From NCBI GenBank assembly GCA_965116925.1, contig OZ220744.1, forward strand, positions 480,001-544,000: a DNA stretch of 64,000 nucleotides. The letters run 5' to 3'. Within the stretch, counting starts at the first letter, position 1, and the number at the start of each line of letters is the position of its first letter. A program made the position numbers and the translations under genes. Positions 1-10,793 of the stretch are shown one piece after another. The notes under the pieces are model-generated. The model saw only the letters and a program-made list of their open reading frames with translations. It did no database searches and was not told the origin of the DNA. This stretch comes from Candidatus Poribacteria bacterium. GTDB taxonomy: Bacteria > Poribacteria > WGA-4E > PCPOR2b.

Positions 1-190
1 CTTGGCGGCCAGCTCGAACACATAAATCTGAGGTTGCCATATCAGGATCGGCGATACGCCGCTCAACAATACCAGTTCGTTGTCGAATCCATTCATCGCT
101 AGTATCAACCCGTTTTTCTAGATCAAAGTTTGTTAAAATGTCCTCCGGCAGGTATGAACCTGTTCCGGTAATTGCTGCATGTCGAGCCAT
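1..190 (-). CDS. fabH: 3-oxoacyl-ACP synthase III, N-terminal part (runs off left edge)
   Basis: Manual translation from ATG at 190: [47 protein letters not shown], a typical FabH N-terminus; follows rpmF. Not in the ORF track. Confidence 0.93.
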   Translation of the reverse strand, partial: MARHAAITGTGSYLPEDILTNFDLEKRVDTSDEWIRQRTGIVERRIADPDMATSDLCVRAGRQ

Positions 191-258
191 TATGATAGCG
201 TCCTTTTTGGTTACAACCGTTATTCAATCGCACAGTTGAAGCGGATTATAGCATTAGA

Positions 259-444
259 TTAAACTTCTTCAACTGTTTTCACCACAACCCGCCCGTTATA
301 GTATCCACAGCTCGGACAAACACGATGAGACAGGATTGTTTCTGAACAGTGAGGACATGTTGAAACAAATTTTTCCCCAAGTGCATGGTGGCTTCGTCGC
401 ATTCGTTTTTTTGATTTTGAAGTTCTACGTTTTGGATGTGCCAT
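259..444 (-). CDS. rpmF: 50S ribosomal protein L32 (Zn-ribbon form)
   Basis: MAHPKRRTSKSKKRMRRSH start, CPHC...HRVCPSCGYY motif, AGGAG RBS. Confidence 0.97.
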   Translation of the reverse strand: MAHPKRRTSKSKKRMRRSHHALGEKFVSTCPHCSETILSHRVCPSCGYYNGRVVVKTVEEV

Positions 445-495
445 AGGTCATCTCCTTATTACCATATAGTATTGTGTATTTTAGAATCAGAGAAA

Positions 496-1041
496 TCAGT
501 TTTCAAGCGCGCGATCAGATTGATCTAATAGATCTGCCAAAGCAGCAAATGGAGAGGAGCTCTCTTGGGAAATCTGACAACCGCAATCAACGATGTTGAG
601 GTTTTCTCCACATTGCGGACAGAGTCCTTGGCATTCCTCCGAACAGAGGGGCCAATTGGGAATTTCGAGTATGAGGCTTTGCCGAACTTCCTCAGATAAA
701 TCGATTGTATCCCCCAGATAGTATCGTTCGCCGGTATCTGCTTGCCACGGATCTGAGGGAGTAGCCGCATCTGTCGGATAAAATTGGACTTCAATCTCGC
801 CCCAAACACTCGTTGCAAACGGTTCAACACAGCAACGACACTCGACCTCAATCGATGCAGAAACACTCCCTTTCACGTAAACATCTTCCAATTGGCGTGA
901 GAGTTGGAGATCTCCGTGAATATCTTCAACAAACTGTGCTTCTTCTAGTGCTAAGTCAATTTCTGCCGGAGGCACCCAAACCTCGTGTCGTGTGATTTGG
1001 TTGTCAGAAATTTCTCTAACAATGAATTCGAGGGTTTTCAC
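496..1041 (-). CDS. yceD: YceD/DUF177 family protein
   Basis: ECRCC and [18 protein letters not shown] motifs, C-terminal PFAALADL, position upstream of rpmF. GTG start overlaps the lysC TGA. Confidence 0.9.
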   Translation of the reverse strand: MKTLEFIVREISDNQITRHEVWVPPAEIDLALEEAQFVEDIHGDLQLSRQLEDVYVKGSVSASIEVECRCCVEPFATSVWGEIEVQFYPTDAATPSDPWQADTGERYYLGDTIDLSEEVRQSLILEIPNWPLCSEECQGLCPQCGENLNIVDCGCQISQESSSPFAALADLLDQSDRALEN

Positions 1042-2261
1042 GAAGAGGTGCCTCCGAGTTCAAATCGATCGTGAATTGTACGCACGGCACGTTCCGTTTC
1101 ACTCTCATCAATGACACAAGAGATTGTGATTTCTGAAGAGCTGATCATCTGAATGTTGATATTTGCGTCAGCGAGGGCTTGGAACATTCGCGCAGCAATA
1201 CCGACGTGACTTTTCATCCCAATTCCGACTAATGATACCTGTGCAATGTTTTGGTCCGGGCTAACGCTGGCGAACCCAATTTCGCCTTTGAGTCCTTCGA
1301 TAATTTTAATTGTTGCCTGTAGGTCCTTCTCAGTTACCGTAAACGCTATGTCGGCAGTCCCTCCCGGATTTGTCGTCTGAATGACCATATCAATACTGAT
1401 GTGGGCATCAGCAACTGCCTGAAAGATGCGCGCTGCGATCCCCGGTTTGTCCGGTACACCGAGCAGCGATACCTTTGCCTGGTCTTTATCGGAGGTCACC
1501 GCGCTGACGACCACTTCTTCTATCATCTCGTCTTCCTTTACCACCATTGTGCCTTCGGCTTCACTGAAGCTAGAGCGGACGCACAGGTGAACATTAAATT
1601 TCTTCGCAAGCTCTACACATCGGGAGTGCAAGACCCGTGCACCGAGCCGGGCCATCTCAAGCATTTCATCATGGGTAACCTGATTGTGCTTTCGGGCATT
1701 TGGAACAACCCGTGGGTCTGCTGTGTAAACACCTTCTACATCCGTATAAATGTCACAACGGTCAGCCTCTAACGTTGCGGCAATGGCAACAGCAGTTGTG
1801 TCGGAGGCACCTCGTCCGAGGGTCGTAATCTCGTTATCAATAGTTACTCCCTGAAACCCCGCTAGTATGACAATTCTTCCACGCTCAAGTTCCGAGAGGA
1901 TGCGCTCTTTGTTGATGCTCTGAATTCGTGCATTGCTATAAAAGCCGCTGGTGATGATGCCGACCTGCGTTCCTGTGAGAGAGATTGCTTGGTGCCCAAG
2001 CTCGGAAACCGCCATCGCCAACAAGGCAATCGAGACCTGTTCACCGGTAGACAGCAGCATGTCGAGTTCCCGTTCAGGGGGATCTGCAGAGACATCGTGG
2101 GCAAGTTGAATCAGGTTATCGGTCGTATCTCCCATCGCAGATACAGCAACAACAACAGCGTGTCCACCCTCATGTGTTCGTGCGATTCGCTTAGCAACAT
2201 TTTTGATTTTTGTAGCATCTGCGACAGAACTCCCACCAAATTTTTGGACAATGATTCCCAC
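1038..2261 (-). CDS. lysC: aspartate kinase
   Basis: [31 protein letters not shown], two C-terminal ACT domains. Confidence 0.97.
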   Translation of the reverse strand: MGIIVQKFGGSSVADATKIKNVAKRIARTHEGGHAVVVAVSAMGDTTDNLIQLAHDVSADPPERELDMLLSTGEQVSIALLAMAVSELGHQAISLTGTQVGIITSGFYSNARIQSINKERILSELERGRIVILAGFQGVTIDNEITTLGRGASDTTAVAIAATLEADRCDIYTDVEGVYTADPRVVPNARKHNQVTHDEMLEMARLGARVLHSRCVELAKKFNVHLCVRSSFSEAEGTMVVKEDEMIEEVVVSAVTSDKDQAKVSLLGVPDKPGIAARIFQAVADAHISIDMVIQTTNPGGTADIAFTVTEKDLQATIKIIEGLKGEIGFASVSPDQNIAQVSLVGIGMKSHVGIAARMFQALADANINIQMISSSEITISCVIDESETERAVRTIHDRFELGGTSS

Positions 2262-2333
2262 GCTTACTAACCTCTTTTGTAGCTCTGCATCAGGCCATGT
2301 TAAGGACTCGGTAGCGACTGTGTGTCACAACGC

Positions 2334-3395
2334 TCAAACTTCATAGACATACTTCAGGATTGCATCTTCGCTTGCAGACACGGTAATCGGCTTTCCCCCG
2401 ATCTCTCCTAGCGCAGTGTCCGGATCCTTCAAGCCATGTCCGGTTAGAATGCAGACAATTGTGGAACCCGGTTTGAAATATCCATTCTGATTCAATTTTA
2501 TGACACCGGCAACAGAAGCTGCCGAAGCGGGTTCAACGAACAACCCCTCTAATTTTGCGAGTATCTGATAGGCTTGCAAAATTTCGTCGTCGGATACGTA
2601 ACCGATTAATCCTTTCGATTCGTCCCGTGCTTCCTCCGCAGTCCGCCAACTTGCAGGATTTCCTATCCTAATTGCGCTCGCAACTGTCTGCGGTTCCTCA
2701 ATAGCATGTCCTAAAACTATCGGTGCCGCTTGGGCAGCTTGAAAGCCAAGCATTTTGGGAAGCATCTCTACCTTGCCACAGTCGTAATACTCTTTGTATC
2801 CCTTCCAATAAGCGGTAATATTCCCAGCATTGCCGACAGGCATCACTTGATAATCAGGGGCAAAACCAAGATGGTCAATGACCTCAAAGGCACCAGTTTT
2901 CTGTCCCTCGATCCGATAGGGGTTAAGTGAATTCACCAGATGAATCGGGTGCTTTTCGGTGATGTCTCGTACGAGTTGAAGCGCCTTGTCGAAATTTCCA
3001 TCAACCGCAAGCACCTTTGCGCCGTGCATCAACGCCTGTGCCAATTTCCCAAGGGCAATTTCCCCTTTGGGCACGAGCACAATACATCTCAGTTTCGCTT
3101 TAGCAGCGTAAGCAGCGGCAGACGCGGAGGTGTTGCCGGTTGAGGCACACATTACCGCTTGGGCGCACTCTTCAACGGCTTTGGAGATAGCAACGGTCAT
3201 CCCCCGGTCCTTGAAGGAGCTTGTCGGATTTAATCCTTCGTACTTTAGGAAGATACGCAGGTCGTTACCGATTACTTCATTTAAACTGGTCGCTTCAATG
3301 AGGGGTGTATTCCCTTCCTTGAGCGTAACAATCGGGGTCTCTGATGTGACCGGTAGATATGCACGGTAGTGAGGGATGACACCCTTCCAAATCAT
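2334..3395 (-). CDS. thrC: threonine synthase
   Basis: [10 protein letters not shown] (PLP lysine), [25 protein letters not shown]. Confidence 0.96.
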   Translation of the reverse strand: MIWKGVIPHYRAYLPVTSETPIVTLKEGNTPLIEATSLNEVIGNDLRIFLKYEGLNPTSSFKDRGMTVAISKAVEECAQAVMCASTGNTSASAAAYAAKAKLRCIVLVPKGEIALGKLAQALMHGAKVLAVDGNFDKALQLVRDITEKHPIHLVNSLNPYRIEGQKTGAFEVIDHLGFAPDYQVMPVGNAGNITAYWKGYKEYYDCGKVEMLPKMLGFQAAQAAPIVLGHAIEEPQTVASAIRIGNPASWRTAEEARDESKGLIGYVSDDEILQAYQILAKLEGLFVEPASAASVAGVIKLNQNGYFKPGSTIVCILTGHGLKDPDTALGEIGGKPITVSASEDAILKYVYEV

Positions 3396-3410
3396 TCGCT
3401 TGCGATTTCC

Positions 3411-4733
3411 TTAGAATGCAACTTCCTCTTCAATACGGATCAGTCGGCTTGTCCCTTTGACAACATCGAGCGTATCAATCTCTTGAATCGCCATCTGCAT
3501 GTTTTTCTCAACAGCTTTGTGCGTTACGATTACAATTGAAGCAGTATCATCAATTTCATGTCGTTCTTTCTGGATGACAGATGCGATACTGATACGGTGT
3601 TCTCCAAGAATACTGCTAATCTGTGCTAATACCCCCGGTCGATCTAGGACAACAAGGCGGACGTAGTAACGGGTTTCAACATCATCAATGGGACAGAGAG
3701 AGATGTTGGCTTGTGATCCGGAAAGCCAACCGCGCGGGACTTGAGACCTAACCACCCCGCGAATTGATTTTGCAGCATCAATAATATCAGCAACGACGGC
3801 ACTCGCTGTCGGCATTTCGCCGGCACCTTGTCCATAGAAAAGGGTTGGACCAACGGCATCACCGATAACACAAACCGTGTTGAACGCACCGCCAACATTT
3901 GCGAGCATACTGCGAACGGGCACCAACGTCGGATGGACGCGGGTTTCAACCCTGTCCTGATTCAGTTTTGCAATAGCAAGAAGTTTGATCACGTATCCGA
4001 GTTCACGAGCGTACTGAATCTCATTGGGCGTGATATGTGTGATCCCTTCCGTATAAACCCCATCCATCGGCATGGCAAAGCCGTAAGCGAGGGAAGTGAG
4101 GAGGGTCAGCTTATGTGCGGCATCAATCCCTTCAACATCAAATGTCGGATCTGCCTCAGCATACCCCTTGGCTTGGGCATCTTTCAGCACTTCGTCAAAA
4201 TCGACTTCGTTTTCGTGCATCTCCGTCAAGATGTAGTTGCAGGTGCCGTTGATGATGCCGTAAATTGAATGGATACGGTTTGCGGCAAAGCTCTCCCGTA
4301 GGGTTTTGATTATTGGGATGCCCCCTGCGGCACTCGCCTCGAAATTCAGACTGACATTATGCTTATCAGCAAGTTGAAAGAGCTCGAATCCATGCGCTGC
4401 CAACAACGCCTTGTTTGCTGTCACAACGTGCTTGCCGTTACGAATCGCTTGACTGACTAAGAGACGTGCTTCATCGGTCCCGCCCATTAACTCTACAACT
4501 ATATCGACTTCAGGATTCTCGACAATCTCGGCGGGATTTGTCGTCAAACACTCCGCGCCCAGTTCGACCCCGGGACGAGATGCTGGCAGCGTACGTTTCG
4601 CAATTTTGATTAGACGCAATTGGATCCCGGCGTTCTGTTCAATCAGATTATTCTGATTGAGCAAAATCTTGGACACACCCGTGCCGACTGTGCCCCAACC
4701 AAGAAGTCCCACATTGATACTAGCGTTATCCAC
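3411..4733 (-). CDS. hom: homoserine dehydrogenase with C-terminal ACT domain
   Basis: GLLGWGTVG, VVTANKA, GIINGTCNYIL, GYAEADP. Start reassigned to GTG at 4733 (GAGAGG RBS) because the longer ORF overlaps a tRNA. Confidence 0.95.
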   Translation of the reverse strand: MDNASINVGLLGWGTVGTGVSKILLNQNNLIEQNAGIQLRLIKIAKRTLPASRPGVELGAECLTTNPAEIVENPEVDIVVELMGGTDEARLLVSQAIRNGKHVVTANKALLAAHGFELFQLADKHNVSLNFEASAAGGIPIIKTLRESFAANRIHSIYGIINGTCNYILTEMHENEVDFDEVLKDAQAKGYAEADPTFDVEGIDAAHKLTLLTSLAYGFAMPMDGVYTEGITHITPNEIQYARELGYVIKLLAIAKLNQDRVETRVHPTLVPVRSMLANVGGAFNTVCVIGDAVGPTLFYGQGAGEMPTASAVVADIIDAAKSIRGVVRSQVPRGWLSGSQANISLCPIDDVETRYYVRLVVLDRPGVLAQISSILGEHRISIASVIQKERHEIDDTASIVIVTHKAVEKNMQMAIQEIDTLDVVKGTSRLIRIEEEVAF

Positions 4734-4754
4734 TACTACCTCTCTATACAAAAA

Positions 4755-4828
4755 TCGGGGCGACTGGATTTGAACCAGCGACCTCTTGAACCCCATTCAA
4801 GCACGCTTCCGGACTGCGCTACGCCCCG
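4755..4828 (-). tRNA. tRNA-Pro(GGG), no encoded CCA
   Basis: Minus strand CGGGGCGTAGCGCAGTCCGGAAGCGTGCTTGAATGGGGTTCAAGAGGTCGCTGGTTCAAATCCAGTCGCCCCGA: cloverleaf, anticodon stem CTTGA/TCAAG with loop ATGGGGT, T-loop GTTCAAATC. Confidence 0.96.
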
Positions 4829-4859
4829 ACCATTATTCATTCGGATGAAATACGGCTAA

Positions 4860-4888
4860 ATGTTAGCATTCAGACCCCTAACTGTCAA
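4860..4888 (-). promoter_or_regulatory. sigma70-type promoter for tRNA-Pro/hom
   Basis: TTGACA (4888-4883), 17-nt spacer, TAACAT (4865-4860). Confidence 0.75.
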
Positions 4889-4930
4889 GAAAAAAATCAG
4901 AAAAAGGGGAGAGATGAAGAGTTGATTCCA

Positions 4931-5725
4931 TCACACCAGAGTTGCAAACCAATCCCGCACCCGTACTTTATCTGCATCGTCCCCAAAACCGAGACTGAAC
5001 CAGCCCGAATAGTCCTCTGCTTTCAGCCTTGCGAACAGTGCTTCAAAGTCAATATTTCCCTGACCGGGGACAAGATGAACTTCATAGTCGCCTGTGTTGT
5101 CGTTGAGGCGTACCTGACCGATATTCTCCACACCGAACGCATCGAGGAACCCCTGCCAGCCTTCGGGAACGAGATGGCCGTGGGCGACATTAAACGCCCA
5201 TTTAAAGTACGGCGATTGAATCGCATCAAAGAACCAGTGCGTCTCTTCGACATTGTGCGGGAGGTAGTGGATTTCAGCATAATCGGGCTCTTTGTTGTGG
5301 TTCTCGAAGAAGATAGGGACGTCTGCTTGCTCTGCTCTGTCCACCAATCGCTTCATCCGTTCAACCGCCACTTCCCGTCGTCGCGAAATATCACCGAAAT
5401 GATAGCCTCCATGTCCGATGAGCCAGCCGCAGCCGAGGCGGGCGGCTAGGTCAAGGTTAGCAAACAGGTATTCGTCGACCGCTTCCGCCATGATAGGCAC
5501 ATACTCGGCGTTATTTATTGCAGACGATGGATGGATGCCGATGGCGATACCGTGTGTTGTGCAGAGATCTCGCACTCTCCGGACACGAGTCGTGTCGAAC
5601 GAGGCAATCTCATTCGGGGGCAAGTCTGCTTGAAAATCAATGTACCGAAAACTATTTTCCGATGCCCAGCGGATCAAGTCCTCAATCGGCTGACCTGAAA
5701 CGTCAAAACCGAAACGATTCATCAT
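4931..5725 (-). CDS. sugar phosphate isomerase/epimerase (xylose isomerase-like TIM barrel)
   Basis: FENHNKEP, NVAHGH, EVHLVPGQGNIDF motifs. Confidence 0.8.
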   Translation of the reverse strand: MMNRFGFDVSGQPIEDLIRWASENSFRYIDFQADLPPNEIASFDTTRVRRVRDLCTTHGIAIGIHPSSAINNAEYVPIMAEAVDEYLFANLDLAARLGCGWLIGHGGYHFGDISRRREVAVERMKRLVDRAEQADVPIFFENHNKEPDYAEIHYLPHNVEETHWFFDAIQSPYFKWAFNVAHGHLVPEGWQGFLDAFGVENIGQVRLNDNTGDYEVHLVPGQGNIDFEALFARLKAEDYSGWFSLGFGDDADKVRVRDWFATLV

Positions 5726-5828
5726 TGCGCGTATCCCTCCTGATTATTGTGCAAAGAATTGGTCTATAAAAAACATAAGTGCAAAACGCAACGGACGTGA
5801 ACAGTGAAAACCCTTGGGCTCATGCCCG

Positions 5829-6917
5829 TTAGTGATCAACTCGATATTGATCAATCGCTTCCTCATCAAGCTCTATGCCCATCCCCGGTGCTTGGGGGAT
5901 TTGAACGCAGCCATCTTTTACCGTGTATAGTGTATCGGCTTTGACAAGCCTATTCAAAGGGGACCAAGCGTCCTCAGGGCGGATTGGTGGGGTTGTGTAA
6001 ACCAACTCTTGCATCCGGCATGTGCGGATGGTCGCAGCAACCTGCAGCGAATAGATTAGATCCATCCCGTGCGAACCGTGAAAAATACATTCCATGCCAA
6101 ACATCTCAGCCATACTTGCTACCCTCTTTAGCGTGGTGATTAGGTTGGCACAATGGGGTTGGACAATATCAAACGCTTCGCCTTGAACATATCCCCGATA
6201 TACCTCATCTGGTTGGTGCTCTCCGCCGGTAATAGCGATTTCTGTTTCTGCTCGCAGTCGGGCGTGCAGGTGTATGTCGCCGCGAGTGAACGGTTCTTCT
6301 AACCAGGTGGCATCAACTTCCTCCAATGCTCTGGCCGCACGAAGGGCAGTATCGTAATCCCAAGTGGACCCTGAGTATTCCCCCGTTCTATCCACCATTA
6401 CTTCTATTTTATCGCTGCCGCCAACCTGTTCACGAATTAACCGGATGGCTTCGACATCGTCCATCAGATCTGGCCGGAAAATGCGAATTTTGACGGCTTT
6501 CCACCCTTGCTCTGAATATCGCAATACATCTTCAGCCTGTTGTTGTGGTGTTACGTCGGTCTGATCCGCTGCGCCGGGCCAAACACAGGTTAGGTATAGC
6601 GGAATCTCATCACGATAGGATCCCATTAGCTTGTGCAGGGGGAGGCCTGCGGCTTTGCCTACTATATCCCACAGCGCGTTTTCTGCACCAAACCACTGAT
6701 TCAAACCGGCCTCAAGATGTCCCTCAATCTGAAATGGATCCGTTCCGACTAACAGTTGGCTGACAACATCGGCATCCACTGCCTCGAATCCGTAACCTGT
6801 GATCCCCTCATCGGTATGGATTCTTGTAATCGCCGAAGAATTGTAGTATCTCTTCTGTCGTTCCTCCTCAGATATTGGAACTTCAACACGAAAGCTCTCA
6901 ACTGAAGTTATTTTCAT
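5829..6917 (-). CDS. mandelate racemase/muconate lactonizing enzyme family protein
   Basis: MKITSVESF, TDEGITGYG, ALWDIVGK, KAVKIR, WLEEP, GGEH, PGMGIELD. Confidence 0.9.
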   Translation of the reverse strand: MKITSVESFRVEVPISEEERQKRYYNSSAITRIHTDEGITGYGFEAVDADVVSQLLVGTDPFQIEGHLEAGLNQWFGAENALWDIVGKAAGLPLHKLMGSYRDEIPLYLTCVWPGAADQTDVTPQQQAEDVLRYSEQGWKAVKIRIFRPDLMDDVEAIRLIREQVGGSDKIEVMVDRTGEYSGSTWDYDTALRAARALEEVDATWLEEPFTRGDIHLHARLRAETEIAITGGEHQPDEVYRGYVQGEAFDIVQPHCANLITTLKRVASMAEMFGMECIFHGSHGMDLIYSLQVAATIRTCRMQELVYTTPPIRPEDAWSPLNRLVKADTLYTVKDGCVQIPQAPGMGIELDEEAIDQYRVDH

Positions 6918-6945
6918 AGCGCACCTCTTAAGGATTCAGCTGCAT

Positions 6946-8052
6946 CTAATAATCAGCGACTGAACCATCTTTCAATCGACTATCGGGCCAATCAAACTTC
7001 CGATCAGGGTCTTTTCCGGTCTCAATGACTGCTGCCTCATCAACTTCAACGCCCAAGCCGGGCCCCTCTGGTAGCGACACGTAGCCTTCCTCGTCCATCT
7101 CCCATGTCTTCCGCGCCACGCTCTCTGGCAAGATACCTTCGTAGCCTTCATGTATTAAGAAAAATGGGACGGACGCTGCCACATGTAGACTGGCAGTCAA
7201 TCCGAGATGGGACATTGTACAGTGTGGTGCAAGTGGAACGTGATGGGATTCTGCGAGGGCTGCGACCTTCTTCATTTGACTGATGCCCCCACCATGTCCG
7301 CAATCCGGCTGAAGGATGTCAATCACCTGCGCTTCGAGGATTTCACGCACCTCCCAGATAGTCCGATCGCGTTCTCCTGTTGCGAGTGGAACGGGAACGG
7401 ATTCGCGGATTTTCCGCATTACTTCAATGTTACCGGGCACCCACGCCTCTTCCAAGAAAAGCAGATCATCCGCTTTAAGGTAGCTCGCAAACTGTTTCAC
7501 AATAGGTGGCGGCAGACAGCTATGAGCATCAAACATCACAGCACCATCGGGTCCAACCTGTTCACGCGCATCCCGTACCCTCTGCACTAAATCTTCAATT
7601 TCCGTAGGTGTTCCGGCAAACGGTTTGGATCCGCCGGGACCCGTTTTGATGGCTTTGGGGCTTGGATACTTCCATATTTTGTCGCGGCATGGACCACCGA
7701 GTAAGCGGTAGACGGGAACATTCCAGAGTTTACCGGCGATGTCCCACAGTGCCATGTCAATCGCGGAAATGGTGTGTACCATCAGCCCGCCACCACGGAT
7801 GTTACGGTGGGCGCGAAAGAGGCGTTGCCAGTGATGCTCAATGCGAGTCGGGTTTTCACCGATAATTAGTTCTGAGAGCGATTCTGCGAGGCGGCAGGTA
7901 ACATTGTTTTCCATATTGTTGATCTCGCCCCAACCTGTGACTCCCATATTGGTCTCGATTTTGACATAGGCTTTGACGCCCATCGGGAAAGCGTGTAGCG
8001 CAGTAACTCTGATTTGAGATCCGCTATCTTCGATTTTTGGTTGATTTGACAT
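6946..8052 (-). CDS. galactonate dehydratase-like enolase superfamily protein
   Basis: SAIDMALWDIAGK, MFDAH, LATGER, DILQPD, PGLGVEVD. Start at ATG 8052 (AAGGAG RBS). Confidence 0.88.
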   Translation of the reverse strand: MSNQPKIEDSGSQIRVTALHAFPMGVKAYVKIETNMGVTGWGEINNMENNVTCRLAESLSELIIGENPTRIEHHWQRLFRAHRNIRGGGLMVHTISAIDMALWDIAGKLWNVPVYRLLGGPCRDKIWKYPSPKAIKTGPGGSKPFAGTPTEIEDLVQRVRDAREQVGPDGAVMFDAHSCLPPPIVKQFASYLKADDLLFLEEAWVPGNIEVMRKIRESVPVPLATGERDRTIWEVREILEAQVIDILQPDCGHGGGISQMKKVAALAESHHVPLAPHCTMSHLGLTASLHVAASVPFFLIHEGYEGILPESVARKTWEMDEEGYVSLPEGPGLGVEVDEAAVIETGKDPDRKFDWPDSRLKDGSVADY

Positions 8053-8427
8053 GAAAGACTCCTTACCCTCGTATAATAAGCGTGAGATTAGATTATTAGC
8101 AGGATAACGCAAGTGCTAGTTGTCAGTTCACTGGAGCGAAGCATAATACCTAATGCGTAAGAAGAAACGGAACGCAGATTTGCGTTCTCTACGAAACTGA
8201 ATCGTTAGGGGCGGGCAAGATGCCCGACCTACGTTTATGTGTATAGGTCAGAACATATTCGGTTAGTAGGATAACATGATAGCATATCTGCCCCAAAAGT
8301 AGAACACAAAAACATATAACGCATAATGCTTTTCTGTTGACGCTCCGAATAAATTGTGATATAAGAATGGTGTTCTCCTACTTGATTCAGATTTCCGGCA
8401 GCGAGGATTGATAAGGAGTAGCTCTTC

Positions 8428-10731
8428 ATGGCTGAAAAACAAGCGGTGGCTCTCGTGGATGAGAGAAATCCGGTCTTCACAACGAACGTCTCGGAGCAAT
8501 TGAAAATGTCTAATACAGACATCCATCAACTGTACGGTGAAGTATGTCTTGAGCCGCAGGCTGAGGTGGTGGCGGGTAGTTACGGGACATGGATGCTGAC
8601 CTATACCGTAGGCAAAAAGGGGGTAGCAACGGGTGGGCGGATAAGGATTTACACTGATTCGGATTCAGATCGGGCGACACCACAGATGGACGATCCAGCA
8701 GGCGCAGATTATCTGACGATAGAAGCACCACAAGCAGCGCGGATAGGTGTGCTAGTACAAAGTGTACTGTCGGTAATGTTGGTCGTGAATGGTCGAGCAC
8801 TTGAACCAGGTGAGCAGGTGGTTGTGACCTACGGAGATCGAAGTGAGGGTGGACCGGGGTTTCGATCACAGACGTTTCAGGAGGCACGACACTATTTCTG
8901 GGTAGATGTGGACAGTGCCGGCGATGGAAATATCGTGACGCTGCCGGAGCCGCCGTACTTGAATATCGTCGGTGGGGCAGCGGAAAAACTGGTAGTGACC
9001 TTACCATCAATGGTTCTCACAGAAGAAGCGTTCCAGATCCAGATCAGGGCAGAGGATGTATGGGGCAATCCCGCCGCGGCGTACCGGGGGACGGTAGCAA
9101 TCCATTCAGAGAATGTGAGGGTTCCGACGGAGCGATTAACGTTTGGTGAAGGGAATAAGGGGGTACAGTGGATTGAAGGGTGCACTGTTACGCAGACGGG
9201 CATTCACCGACTGACTGTGATCGATGAAAAAGCTGGGTTGACCGCCCAGAGTAATCCAATGTTGTGCCAAGAAACCAAGGCACCCTATAACCTCTACTGG
9301 GGCGATTCTCACGGCGGGCAGGTAGCAATGGCAGAGAAGATTTCAGATTTCTTTCAGTACGCCCGACATGTTGCCGCAATCCATTTCGCAGGCTATCAAC
9401 GGAACGATCATGTGCTGTCCAAGCGAGACTGGGTACTACAACAGGCAGCTGAACGGGATTACGATCAACCCGGACGGTTTGTGGCTCTGCCCGGTTACGA
9501 GTGGTCAGCCAATACGAGCCGGGGCGGGCATCATAATGTGTATTTCCGGCGACATGACCAACCCATTCGGCGCTCCGACCACGGAGGACTGGAAGACAAA
9601 TCGGACGCTGATACGGATCTGTATCACATCCAAGATGTCTACGAGGCCTTCAGGAATTCTGACACAGTGGTTACCGCTCACGTTGGTGGTGAACACTCGG
9701 ATTTGACCTACCATGATCCCGCATTGGAGCCAGCAGTGGAGGTAACGTCCGACCATGGGACGTTCGAGTGGATTTTGGAAGAGGTGCTTGAGCGGAATTA
9801 TAAAATGGGCTTTTTCGGCGGCAGCGACAGTCACAATGGCCGTCCGGGCAATGATACGCCGGGCTTTCAACACCGGCGTTATGCCAAAGCCGGGTTGGCA
9901 GCTGTATATGCGCCCGAATTGACGATTTCGGCTGTGCTTTCGGCGTATAAAGATAGACGCATTTACGCAACAACGGGAGCACGGATTTTGATGTACACCG
10001 AAGCGGCAGGCCACTTGATGGGAACAGAGTTCATCACATCGGACAAACCGCAGATTTCCGCCTTTATTGCTGGCACGGCACCATTTGAATCGGTAGAACT
10101 ATTTCGGGGACTAGAACGCATTTACAGCCACCCCGTGGATTGCGGTGTGGACAGCAACCGTGTACGTATCCTTTGGGAAGGTGCCAGTCGCAAAAGTAGT
10201 TATTCGGGGGTAATCTGGGAGGGAAAATTGCGAGTCGCTGGTCGTCGTGTTGCAAACGTAGATAAGATTCGGTTCGACAGCCCACGCTCCCGGGTGTTCG
10301 ACGTGGAAGATTGTGGGTTGCGCTGGTATTCGGTGACCTGTGGCTACCGTAGCGGGATAATCTTGGATTTGACCGGGGAAGATGATGGAGAATTGGAGGT
10401 GGCGGTAAATACTTCGGTGATCACGGGACCACTTTACGGGGAAAGCGGCATTAATCCCCCTCGGCGGATGTCCTACGCCCCGGCGGAGAAAGTAGGGCTC
10501 AATATCAATCTGACTGAACTGAAGAAAGGTCCTGTGACGATGGAAATCGGCGGGTTAAATCGGCGGGTGACGATATCATTGGCACCTAGGTTACAGAAGG
10601 CTGGCGAGGTTAAATTCTCATTTGCCGACCCATCGCCAAACCCCGGCGTCAATCCTTATTGGGTGCGGGTCGTCCAGACGGACATGGAGATGGCTTGGAG
10701 CAGTCCGATTTACGTGGACTATGTAGCATGA
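8428..10731 (+). CDS. DUF3604 family (PHP-like) protein
   Basis: WGDSH, GYEWS, GGHHNVYF, GGSDSHNGRPG, RRIYATTG, C-terminal AWSSPIYV. Alternative start at 8506. Confidence 0.8.
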   Translation: MAEKQAVALVDERNPVFTTNVSEQLKMSNTDIHQLYGEVCLEPQAEVVAGSYGTWMLTYTVGKKGVATGGRIRIYTDSDSDRATPQMDDPAGADYLTIEAPQAARIGVLVQSVLSVMLVVNGRALEPGEQVVVTYGDRSEGGPGFRSQTFQEARHYFWVDVDSAGDGNIVTLPEPPYLNIVGGAAEKLVVTLPSMVLTEEAFQIQIRAEDVWGNPAAAYRGTVAIHSENVRVPTERLTFGEGNKGVQWIEGCTVTQTGIHRLTVIDEKAGLTAQSNPMLCQETKAPYNLYWGDSHGGQVAMAEKISDFFQYARHVAAIHFAGYQRNDHVLSKRDWVLQQAAERDYDQPGRFVALPGYEWSANTSRGGHHNVYFRRHDQPIRRSDHGGLEDKSDADTDLYHIQDVYEAFRNSDTVVTAHVGGEHSDLTYHDPALEPAVEVTSDHGTFEWILEEVLERNYKMGFFGGSDSHNGRPGNDTPGFQHRRYAKAGLAAVYAPELTISAVLSAYKDRRIYATTGARILMYTEAAGHLMGTEFITSDKPQISAFIAGTAPFESVELFRGLERIYSHPVDCGVDSNRVRILWEGASRKSSYSGVIWEGKLRVAGRRVANVDKIRFDSPRSRVFDVEDCGLRWYSVTCGYRSGIILDLTGEDDGELEVAVNTSVITGPLYGESGINPPRRMSYAPAEKVGLNINLTELKKGPVTMEIGGLNRRVTISLAPRLQKAGEVKFSFADPSPNPGVNPYWVRVVQTDMEMAWSSPIYVDYVA

Positions 10732-10793
10732 TAGCCAAAATAGGCACAGACAAAATATAGATCACCCATAATATTCACATCGAACAGGAGGCT

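Noticed and set aside
4734..4796. N-terminal extension of hom in the ORF track
   Set aside because: It overlaps tRNA-Pro; a GTG with RBS at 4733 fits better.
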